Assembly: GCA_040403095.1 (NCBI GenBank)
Contig: JBBALI010000001.1
Span: forward strand, 150,560-174,559
From: Crocinitomicaceae bacterium
Lineage (GTDB): Bacteria > Bacteroidota > Bacteroidia > Flavobacteriales_D > Crocinitomicaceae
Length of the DNA: 24,000 nt
Direction of reading: 5' to 3'
Below are positions 16,912-23,939 of the stretch, in pieces (the first letter of the stretch is position 1; every line of letters starts with the position of its first letter). Under the pieces are notes generated by a model, which saw nothing but the letters and a program-made list of their open reading frames with translations, searched no databases and was not told the origin of the DNA. Position numbers and translations under genes: made by a program.

Positions 16912-17486
16912 TATTTTTTGGAATTTTAATTGGTTTTTATGGGTATTTATTTCCTGGAAACATCAACCTGATGGTGGTCGAAATCTACGCACAAAAAAAA
17001 TACCGTTTTTTAATCTTCACCCTCGTTTTGATTTTGGCGTTTGAAACAATTTATTGCTTGATGTCACTTCTTTTACTTGGAACATTTAAAAGCCACCCAA
17101 GCATTTTCACCTGGATCGAAGTAATTTCCTCATTAATGGTTTCTTTATTGGGGATTTGGATGATTTTTGAAAATAAAAATAACGCGCAAAAATCACAGAG
17201 AAATACGGTAGTTCGCGGAATTTTTTCCATTATTTTTCATCCACAACAAATACCATTTTGGGTAATAATGGGCGTATTTGTAAATCAATTTATTCAACTA
17301 AAAGCAAACAATTGGCCACTTTATCAATTTGCACTTTTAAATGCAGTAGGAACTTTTATCGCAATGGTTTTTTACATGATTTTTGGTTCAAAATTATTCA
17401 ACTATTTGCAATTAAATTTGAATCAAATTAATAAAATAATGGGTTCCATTTACCTTGTGGTTGGGTTTTATGGACTATTTAAATAA
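16908..17486 (+). CDS. LysE/RhtB-like small-molecule exporter
   Basis: 192 aa with about 6 hydrophobic helices. The N-terminal LFPGNINLMVV resembles the LysE-family PGP motif region. Confidence 0.5.
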   Translation: MIFFGILIGFYGYLFPGNINLMVVEIYAQKKYRFLIFTLVLILAFETIYCLMSLLLLGTFKSHPSIFTWIEVISSLMVSLLGIWMIFENKNNAQKSQRNTVVRGIFSIIFHPQQIPFWVIMGVFVNQFIQLKANNWPLYQFALLNAVGTFIAMVFYMIFGSKLFNYLQLNLNQINKIMGSIYLVVGFYGLFK

Positions 17487-17905
17487 ACAATTTCAGCAAC
17501 TAATCCTTTCAGGTTCTAAAACATAAAATTAAAATTTTAGCGTAAGAGCATCGATTAGTTAAATAAAAAATTTCTCCTGTTTGTTATTAAATTTATAACT
17601 TTGATAAAGGATGAAAATTGAAGAAAGCAAATTAAGGCAAATTCAAGAACTTTGTAAGATTAACAAGGTCAAATCACTATTTGCTTTTGGTTCCGTTTTG
17701 CGATCTGATTTTAATGACGCTTCAGATATCGATTTGATTGTTGATTTTGATGAAAAAGACCCCATTAAGTACTCTGATTTATACTTTAACTTAAAAGATA
17801 AATTAGAAACGATATTGACACGACACGTAGATTTACTTGAAGAAAGAGCAGTAAAAAACAAATTTTTCAGACAAGAACTAGATAGCACCAAAGTGAAAAT
17901 TTATG
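17262..17905 (+). repeat. segmental direct repeat, copy 1 (3' 225 nt of the exporter gene + intergenic + mntA up to the hepT ATG)
   Basis: Aligns with 18744-19385 at an offset of 1482 and then 1480. 17262-17713 is nearly identical (2 mismatches). 17714-17905 is about 9% diverged and includes indels. Confidence 0.9.
17596..17603 (+). promoter_or_regulatory. candidate -7 promoter box TAACTTTG for mntA-hepT
   Basis: Perfect TAnnTTTG only 7 nt upstream of the mntA ATG at 17611, implying a very short or absent leader. Duplicated at 19078-19085. Confidence 0.4.
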
Positions 17906-17913
17906 GATATTAA
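17611..17913 (+). CDS. mntA: MntA-type nucleotidyltransferase antitoxin (type VII TA)
   Basis: 100 aa with the minimal NTase motif FGSVLRSDF..ASDIDLIVDF (GS...DxD). Overlaps the downstream DUF86 gene by 11 nt. Confidence 0.85.
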   Translation: MKIEESKLRQIQELCKINKVKSLFAFGSVLRSDFNDASDIDLIVDFDEKDPIKYSDLYFNLKDKLETILTRHVDLLEERAVKNKFFRQELDSTKVKIYGY

Positions 17914-18241
17914 GATTAACGCTTGGCTACTTGACATTCAACAATGTATTGATGAAATATTGATTTTTAAGGGTGAAAACACTGATTTTTTGGCCTATAA
18001 ATCAGATTTAAAAACAAAAAAAGCAATCGAAAGAAACATTGAAATAATTGGGGAAGCAGTTAATAGAATATTGAAAGTTAACCCAGATTTTCAAATAAAA
18101 AACGCAAAGAATATTATTGGAACTCGAAATAGAATTATTCATAGTTATGATAATATCTCTGATGAAGTTATTTGGACCATTGTTCAGAGAGAATTACCTG
18201 ATTTAAAAATGCAAATTGAAAAATTGCTAAAACAAGAATAA
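17903..18241 (+). CDS. hepT: HepT-type (DUF86/HEPN) RNase toxin
   Basis: 112 aa. The HEPN Rx4HxY motif is present as RNRIIHSY. Shows the classic overlap with the upstream NTase gene. Confidence 0.85.
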   Translation: MDIKINAWLLDIQQCIDEILIFKGENTDFLAYKSDLKTKKAIERNIEIIGEAVNRILKVNPDFQIKNAKNIIGTRNRIIHSYDNISDEVIWTIVQRELPDLKMQIEKLLKQE

Positions 18242-18260
18242 ACTTTAATTCAAACACAAA

Positions 18261-18692
18261 ATGAAACTACTTTTCAAGCTTTTAATATTTACACTGTTCA
18301 TTTCTGGATGTTCAAACAAATTTAGTAAAACACCAGAAGAAAATTTCATTGGAATTTGGAAAATTGAGGGTAGAAGCATGTTTAATGGCATTCAAATAAA
18401 AATTGAAAAAGAAGACAAAGAATTTATTGGAAGAATTTTTAAACTCAACGACAATAAGTTAGTGCAGCTTTTTGCAGACTCTAATGACATTTGGGTTTCT
18501 GGGATTGAAAGAAAATCAAATTTTGAATTTGCTCTAACAGAAAAGAAAATTGCAAAAGATCTTTTTTCTCTTTACGGACTTTCCTCATCACAAGAATTTA
18601 AAGTTGAGTTTTTTAATAAAAATGCCTTTGGATTGGCGATTGAAAATTCTAAACCTCTAAACTCTAAAATTATTTATAGACGAATTCAATAA
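18261..18692 (+). CDS. hypothetical lipoprotein
   Basis: 143 aa. Signal peptide with a lipobox (LFISGC). No recognisable catalytic motif. Confidence 0.5.
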   Translation: MKLLFKLLIFTLFISGCSNKFSKTPEENFIGIWKIEGRSMFNGIQIKIEKEDKEFIGRIFKLNDNKLVQLFADSNDIWVSGIERKSNFEFALTEKKIAKDLFSLYGLSSSQEFKVEFFNKNAFGLAIENSKPLNSKIIYRRIQ

Positions 18693-18743
18693 GTAAATCT
18701 TAACTACTATTTTCCTAAAAAATTTCCATTCTCATTCCTTTAT

Positions 18744-18968
18744 GTGATAATGGGCGTATTTGTAAATCAATTTATTCAACTAAAAGCAAACAATTGGCCT
18801 CTTTATCAATTTGCACTTTTAAATGCAGTAGGAACTTTTATCGCAATGGTTTTTTACATGATTTTTGGTTCAAAATTATTCAACTATTTGCAATTAAATT
18901 TGAATCAAATTAATAAAATAATGGGTTCCATTTACCTTGTGGTTGGGTTTTATGGACTATTTAAATAA
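18744..18968 (+). pseudogene. 5'-truncated duplicate of the LysE-like exporter gene (last 74 codons only)
   Basis: Encodes the same 73 C-terminal residues as 17268-17486, with one synonymous change (17318 A versus 18800 T). The track 'start' is a GTG at the repeat boundary, and no upstream homology exists. Confidence 0.8.
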
Positions 18969-19385
18969 ACAATTTCAGCAACTAATCCTTTCAGGTTCTA
19001 AAACATAAAATTAAAATTTTAGCGTAAGAGCATCGATTAGTTAAATAAAAAATTTCTCCTGTTTGTTATTAAATTTATAACTTTGATAAAGGATGAAAAT
19101 TGAAGAAAGCAAATTAAGGCAAATTCAAGAACTTTGTAAGATTAACAAGGTCAAATCACTATTTGCTTTTGGTTCCGTTTTGCGATCTGATTTTATTGAC
19201 GCAGATATCGATTTGATTGTTGATTTTGATGAAAAGAACCCAATGTAAGTACACCGATTTATACTTTAACTTAAAAGAAAAATTAGAAACGATATTAACG
19301 CGCCACGTTGATTTACTTGAAGAAAGAGCAGTAAAAAACAAATTTTTTAGACAAGAACTAGATAATACCAAAGTTAAAATTTATG
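18744..19385 (+). repeat. segmental direct repeat, copy 2
   Basis: See copy 1. Homology begins abruptly at 18744 and ends at the ATG at 19383-19385. Confidence 0.9.
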
Positions 19386-19399
19386 TTCGCCAATCCTAA
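19093..19399 (+). pseudogene. frameshifted mntA copy
   Basis: The ATG at 19093 reads MKIEESKLRQ...DFDEKNPM, then TAA after 50 codons. The rest of the homology (KYTDLYFNLKEKLE...KVKIY) continues in the +1 frame (track ORF 19217-19399). Also carries a 3-nt deletion relative to copy 1. Confidence 0.8.
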
Positions 19400-19415
19400 C
19401 TCATTAAAAATTAAA

Positions 19416-21023
19416 ATGAAAGACATCGGAAATTTGAAATTACTTGGAGTGATAATTATTTTGGCTGCGTCAGTGCAGGCTTGCAAAAATTATGGATTTA
19501 GGGCTAATTATCAGGAAGCAAATAAGCTTTTACACGCTACTGAAAACATCCGAACAAAACCTTATTTAAAAGCCCACATGAAAAATGGGGATGTCTGCAT
19601 TCTCAAAGACACATGGATAATTGACACCAATAAAAATACTGTGTTCGGAAACGGGAAAAGGTTTGATTACAATAGAAAAGAAATTTTTTTAGGCGAAATG
19701 ACGCTACATATTGACAGCGTTAGCATATTTGAGACCAATAGTAAAATTCTTAAACCAGAAAAGGGGAGAATTGCCACTTTAAGTATCTTGACCGGAATTG
19801 ATGTTGCTTTGGGAGTTATTTGCATTACCAATCCAAAAGTATGTTTTGGATCTTGTCCCACTTTCTACATGAATGAAGACAACAATTTTCACTTTGCAGA
19901 TTCTGAAGGTTTTTCCAATGCGATTGCTCCATCAATGGAATATTCTGACATCGATGCACTCAATAATCCTCCAATTGAAGATCAGATTTTTTCGCTCACA
20001 ATGAAAAATGAAGCACTGGAAACACACTGTGTGAATGATGTAAAACTACTCGCCTATCCAAGAAAAAAAGGTGAGCGCATTTTTCAGTCCAAAAGTAACG
20101 AATTTTACTTGTGCCAAAACGATTACCTTCTAAGTCACGCTGAAGGGCAAGAAGGGATTGTTACAGCATTGCTTAAAAATGAAGATCGACAAGAACGCTT
20201 CAGCTTGGCGGACGAAAAAAATCTAAGTAGCAAGGAAGAAATATACTTAACTTTTGATGGTGTAGAAAATCAAAACGATTTGGGCTTGATTGTCAATTTT
20301 AGGCAGACTTTAATGACGACCTATTTTATTTACAGTGCAATTGGTTTTATGGGAGACCAAGTGGGTGATTTTTTTGCAAAAATAGAACAAAGCAAAGAAA
20401 TAAACTCCTCTTTAAAAAATGGAATTACCAAAGAACTTGGAAACATTGATTTGTATGCATTAAACTCCCGAACCAATGAATGGGAATTACAAGATGGACT
20501 TTATGAAACTGGTCCTATTGCAGTGAATAGACAAATAATTCCATTAAAAATTTACGGAAAGAATCAACAAATTAAATTGAAATTGGTCATGAACAAAGGT
20601 CTTTGGAGGATTGATTTCACAGCGTTGACAAATATAAAGGGAAAAGTAAAACCCCTCGAAATCAAACCATCAAGCATCTACAATAAAGGTCAAAACGACT
20701 TGGATGCACTCTCGGCAATAGAAAACCCTAACAAACATTTAATTTCGATGCCCGGAAATGAATATAGATTCCATTTTGAATTGCCTGAAAAAAACATGGA
20801 TTATGAGTTGTTTCTGTATTCAAAGGGATACTACTTGGAATGGATGCGCGAACATTGGTTGAAAGACAAAAACTTATTAAAATTACATGAAATGGTGTAT
20901 AATCCTAAAAAGTATCTCAGAAACGAAACAAAGGATTACAAAGAATATGAGAGTATGATGGAACAGGAATTTTGGAATTCTAAAATAGACACCAAAACTT
21001 TTATATACTATGAAAAAAATTGA
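19416..21023 (+). CDS. large hypothetical lipoprotein
   Basis: The ORF is open from the ATG at 19383, but that codon lies inside the repeat. The ATG at 19416 gives a classic signal, MKDIGNLKLLGVIIILAASVQAC. Contains an internal hydrophobic stretch followed by CFGSCPTFY. No family recognised. Confidence 0.6.
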   Translation: MKDIGNLKLLGVIIILAASVQACKNYGFRANYQEANKLLHATENIRTKPYLKAHMKNGDVCILKDTWIIDTNKNTVFGNGKRFDYNRKEIFLGEMTLHIDSVSIFETNSKILKPEKGRIATLSILTGIDVALGVICITNPKVCFGSCPTFYMNEDNNFHFADSEGFSNAIAPSMEYSDIDALNNPPIEDQIFSLTMKNEALETHCVNDVKLLAYPRKKGERIFQSKSNEFYLCQNDYLLSHAEGQEGIVTALLKNEDRQERFSLADEKNLSSKEEIYLTFDGVENQNDLGLIVNFRQTLMTTYFIYSAIGFMGDQVGDFFAKIEQSKEINSSLKNGITKELGNIDLYALNSRTNEWELQDGLYETGPIAVNRQIIPLKIYGKNQQIKLKLVMNKGLWRIDFTALTNIKGKVKPLEIKPSSIYNKGQNDLDALSAIENPNKHLISMPGNEYRFHFELPEKNMDYELFLYSKGYYLEWMREHWLKDKNLLKLHEMVYNPKKYLRNETKDYKEYESMMEQEFWNSKIDTKTFIYYEKN

Positions 21024-21507
21024 TCTTCTAATTTTTGGTGTCGTTTTTGCCCTTGTTTGCAGTTGCGGAACCACTAAAAATTTGCCGTTTTCAGAAGATA
21101 TTGACATAAATGAGCATGGCTCTTTTATCAAAATATATCAAAAGCCGTCAAGTATCTCTGGGGAATTAATTTCATTGGACAGCAACGAAATGGTTGTGTT
21201 AACTGAAAAGTCAGCGCAATGTGTAATCGTTCCTTTGAAAACAGTTAAAAAATTTAAATTGATTTTTGCAAACTCAAAAAAATATGGTTGGAGCGTCCCC
21301 CTTTTTACAATAGCGACTGCGCCGCTCGGTTGGATTGCAGTCCTGGGCGCCACTCCAGTGAATATTATAGTGACAACTGCAGTAAGTGAAAGTTCAAACT
21401 CAGCTTTTACTTATAAAAACAAAAATATTTCCTTTGAGGAAATGAAAATGTTTGCTCGTTTTCCTCAGGGAATTCCTACCAATATAAAAATTGATAGCAT
21501 AAAATAA
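21010..21507 (+). CDS. hypothetical lipoprotein with C-terminal hydrophobic segment
   Basis: 165 aa with the signal LLIFGVVFALVCSCG. Overlaps the upstream gene by 14 nt. A hydrophobic segment, WSVPLFTIATAPLGWIAVLGATPVNIIVTTAV, lies near the C-terminus. Confidence 0.55.
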   Translation: MKKIDLLIFGVVFALVCSCGTTKNLPFSEDIDINEHGSFIKIYQKPSSISGELISLDSNEMVVLTEKSAQCVIVPLKTVKKFKLIFANSKKYGWSVPLFTIATAPLGWIAVLGATPVNIIVTTAVSESSNSAFTYKNKNISFEEMKMFARFPQGIPTNIKIDSIK

Positions 21508-21596
21508 ATGAATCCGAATCTCAAAAACTTTTTGATCTCCTTTTCAAACAAATTATCATTCTATTCCTTTATAGAATTAGAAATAGAATAGAAAAT

Positions 21597-22313
21597 ATGG
21601 CGAAAACATTTCTATCAGCACGCTGGGAAAATTTGATCATGGCAAACTATGCGGTGAATCCTGAAGTATTGCTTCCATATTTACCTAAAGGTGTGGAACT
21701 GGACTTTTACGATGGAAAAGCGTGGGTCAGTTTGGTGGGTTTTATGTTTAAAAAAACAAGCTTGTTTCGCATTCCAATTCCCTTGATGGGTACATTTGAA
21801 GAAGTAAATTTGAGGTTTTATGTGAAACGAATTGATGGTGATGAAATCAAACGTGGAGTTGTTTTTATCAATGAAACAGTGCCTTACAAACCGGTTGCTT
21901 GGATTGCGAATAAACTTTACAAGGAACATTACATCGCTATTCCAACTAAAAATGAAATTCAAATAAATTCGGAAAATCAATTGATCCATTACGGATGGAA
22001 AATTAACCAACATTGGAACGAAATCAATGCAAATACTTCTATTGAAAGCGTTGAAATGATTCCAGAAGGCATTGAAGAATTCATCTTTGAGCATTATTAT
22101 GGTTACACAAAAATCAGCGAGGAAGTTTCTCAAGAATACAGCGTGAATCATCCGCGATGGAAAGTGAACAAAGTATTGGATTATTCTATCAATTGCGATT
22201 TTCAAGCGATGTATGGTACTGATTTTACTTTTCTCAATAAACAACAGCCACAATCGGTCATTTTTGCTTCAGGTTCTGATGTAACAGTTGATTGGAAAAG
22301 GAGAAAGTTTTAA
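21597..22313 (+). CDS. DUF2071-family protein (YgjF-like)
   Basis: 238 aa. The N-terminus [45 protein letters not shown] matches the DUF2071 pattern by eye. Confidence 0.65.
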   Translation: MAKTFLSARWENLIMANYAVNPEVLLPYLPKGVELDFYDGKAWVSLVGFMFKKTSLFRIPIPLMGTFEEVNLRFYVKRIDGDEIKRGVVFINETVPYKPVAWIANKLYKEHYIAIPTKNEIQINSENQLIHYGWKINQHWNEINANTSIESVEMIPEGIEEFIFEHYYGYTKISEEVSQEYSVNHPRWKVNKVLDYSINCDFQAMYGTDFTFLNKQQPQSVIFASGSDVTVDWKRRKF

Positions 22314-22321
22314 TTCAAAAG

Positions 22322-22459
22322 ATGAAAAAGCGCGATTTACCAACTAAGATTTGCGTAGTTTGCAAACGTCCTTTCACGTGGCGAAAGAAATGGGAAAAGG
22401 TGTGGGACAACGTAAAATATTGCAGCGATAAATGTAGAATCAATCGCAGTAAAGATTGA
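22322..22459 (+). CDS. DUF2256-type small zinc-ribbon protein (not in the supplied ORF track)
   Basis: My own translation is [45 protein letters not shown] (45 aa). CxxC...CxxxC with RPFTWRKKW is the DUF2256 signature. Begins 8 nt after the DUF2071 stop. Confidence 0.7.
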   Translation: MKKRDLPTKICVVCKRPFTWRKKWEKVWDNVKYCSDKCRINRSKD

Positions 22460-22622
22460 ATCAATTCCCAAAACAAAACTTATAATTTTACAACAATCTA
22501 CTCAAATTGTGTAAGGTTTATTTTCGCAAAAGTAAACACCTTTAAACTTTGATTTATTTTCAGGCTGATTAGCTTAATTATTCAGCACAAAATTCACAGA
22601 ATCAATCTTTAAAACACAATTT

Positions 22623-23462
22623 ATGAAAAACTATCTTTCTATTTATTTGTATGGCGCCAGCATTATTTTAACTGGCGTTTTCCTTACAATTTCAGCGTTT
22701 AGCACTTACAAAAACATTGTTTTAACACTTGGGATAACCTTAACTGCTGGTTCATTGTTTGCCTTTATCGCAGCATTTTCGATTGAACGAAAACAAGTTC
22801 AATTTGCTTATCACAACCTGCACGCGCTGGTAATGTTGGTCTATGGGATTTTCATCTTGACTTTTTGCGACACGATGGACAAATTGCTCTCTGCCACTTC
22901 CTATCTTTTCATTTTCTATGCTGTTTCGGAAATTATTTTTTGCAGTTGGATTTTTAATTTAAGACAAAAAGTCGTTTTTAAAATCTTACTTATTCGGGTT
23001 GCTTTAGGACTAGCCATTGGAATCGGCACTGTCGTCTCAATCTATTTTACCACTTTTCAGCTTGAAAGCTTTGGTATATTGTTCATATTCATTGGAATTA
23101 ACATCCTTCTTTACGTGCCGATTATGAAAGGAAAAGAAACAATGGTAATGGAAAATGTCATTCATAAAGCAGAAAATTTCGAAGGATATCCGCACTATCC
23201 AGCATCAGAGGATATTTATAATCACCAAAAAGAAGAAACCGATTTGGATCCAGAAGATATTTCGAAGAAAAAAACTCCAAATGAAACAGAAGGTGGACAA
23301 AACGAAAAAGGTTTCAAAAACCATATGTCAGGGAACGATTTAGACATTCCCGGAACAGATTTAGACAACCAAGAAGAACAAATTGGAAATGAAGACGAAG
23401 AAAACAATTATTACAGTTTGGGTGGAGATGATCACAATGATTTAGAAGAAGATAAAGACTAA
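22623..23462 (+). CDS. membrane protein (5-6 TM) with highly acidic C-terminal tail
   Basis: 279 aa. The N-terminal ~165 aa are hydrophobic helices. The last ~110 aa are D/E-rich and end in GNEDEENNYYSLGGDDHNDLEEDKD. Confidence 0.6.
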   Translation: MKNYLSIYLYGASIILTGVFLTISAFSTYKNIVLTLGITLTAGSLFAFIAAFSIERKQVQFAYHNLHALVMLVYGIFILTFCDTMDKLLSATSYLFIFYAVSEIIFCSWIFNLRQKVVFKILLIRVALGLAIGIGTVVSIYFTTFQLESFGILFIFIGINILLYVPIMKGKETMVMENVIHKAENFEGYPHYPASEDIYNHQKEETDLDPEDISKKKTPNETEGGQNEKGFKNHMSGNDLDIPGTDLDNQEEQIGNEDEENNYYSLGGDDHNDLEEDKD

Positions 23463-23471
23463 AATTAAATT

Positions 23472-23852
23472 ATGGAAACAACAAAAAATATTGGTGTTTG
23501 GATGGATCATTCAATAGCCAATTTCATCAATTTAGATAAAGAGAAAAACAACTTTTCTATTCTCTCAAATTTCACTTTTACTGACAAAGAAGCTGCTTTG
23601 AAAAGAAGTGAAAACTTGATGCACAACAAAGAAAACAGCATGCATGAAACTTTCTATAAAGAAATTGGACATGAAATTTTGAAATACAACCACATTCTAA
23701 TATTCGGTCCAACGCAAGCGAAAATGGAACTTTCGAACTATTTGAAAAAGGATTTACATTTTAAAGACATTCAAATAGACTTTAAATCTGCCGATAAAAT
23801 GACAGAAAATGAAAAATATGCTTTCGTTTGTGCACATTTTGAAAAAGATTGA
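23472..23852 (+). CDS. hypothetical cytoplasmic protein
   Basis: 126 aa. Begins 9 nt after the preceding stop. No family confidently recognised. Confidence 0.5.
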   Translation: METTKNIGVWMDHSIANFINLDKEKNNFSILSNFTFTDKEAALKRSENLMHNKENSMHETFYKEIGHEILKYNHILIFGPTQAKMELSNYLKKDLHFKDIQIDFKSADKMTENEKYAFVCAHFEKD

Positions 23853-23891
23853 AAATTGCTGTATTAAAAAAATAAAAAGAGTAAACACAAA

Positions 23892-23920
23892 AAAAGCGCA
23901 TCCAATTAGGGTGCGCTTTT
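23892..23920. terminator. bidirectional rho-independent terminator
   Basis: AAAGCGCATCC-AATTA-GGGTGCGCTTT forms a stem of about 11 bp (one G-U pair) with a 5-nt loop. An A-run lies upstream and a T-run downstream. Located between convergent genes. Confidence 0.65.
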
Positions 23921-23939
23921 CAATTTATCAAAATATTAA

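Noticed and set aside
17643-17891. 82-aa antisense ORF in mntA (and its duplicate at 19159-19371)
   Set aside because: It is antisense to a gene with clear NTase motifs. The S/L-rich translation has no features, and it is duplicated only because the repeat is.
18727-18743. 17-nt motif CATTCTCATTCCTTTAT at the left junction of repeat copy 2, resembling CATTCTATTCCTTTAT at 21557-21572
   Set aside because: I considered a recombination site. A gapped match of about 16 nt is within chance expectation for a 24-kb AT-rich window, and no matching motif occurs at the other repeat junctions.
18744-18968. 74-aa ORF as an independent small membrane-protein gene
   Set aside because: It is the duplicated 3' end of the exporter gene. 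Its 'start' is a GTG created at the repeat boundary, and no promoter-like sequence lies upstream. Called a gene fragment instead.
21558-21589. ATTCTATT / AATAGAAT inverted repeat and ATAGAAT tandem upstream of the DUF2071 gene
   Set aside because: The arms are only 7-8 bp of pure A/T-rich sequence, which is not distinguishable from chance. It could be a weak operator, but the support is insufficient.
21508-21591. 27-codon ORF (MNPNLKNFLISFSNKLSFYSFIELEIE) starting right after the 165-aa gene stop
   Set aside because: It has no recognisable features and lies in promoter-like AT-rich DNA, so it is probably fortuitous.
21681-22253. 190-aa minus-strand ORF, unusually long for an AT-rich genome, antisense to the DUF2071 gene
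   Set aside because: The translation is F/I/N-rich with no motif. It is wholly contained in a gene with recognisable family features. A long open antisense frame is a known by-product of codon bias. Only expression data could revive it.
22513-22542. Hairpin AAGGTTTATTTT-CGC-AAAAGTAAACACCTT as terminator of the DUF2071/DUF2256 unit
   Set aside because: The stem is almost all A-T and needs several bulges, so it is too weak to call.
23155-23407. Two overlapping 61-62-aa ORFs (+ and -) within the acidic-tail coding region
   Set aside because: They are artefacts of purine-rich GAA/GAT low-complexity sequence, which leaves alternative frames open.
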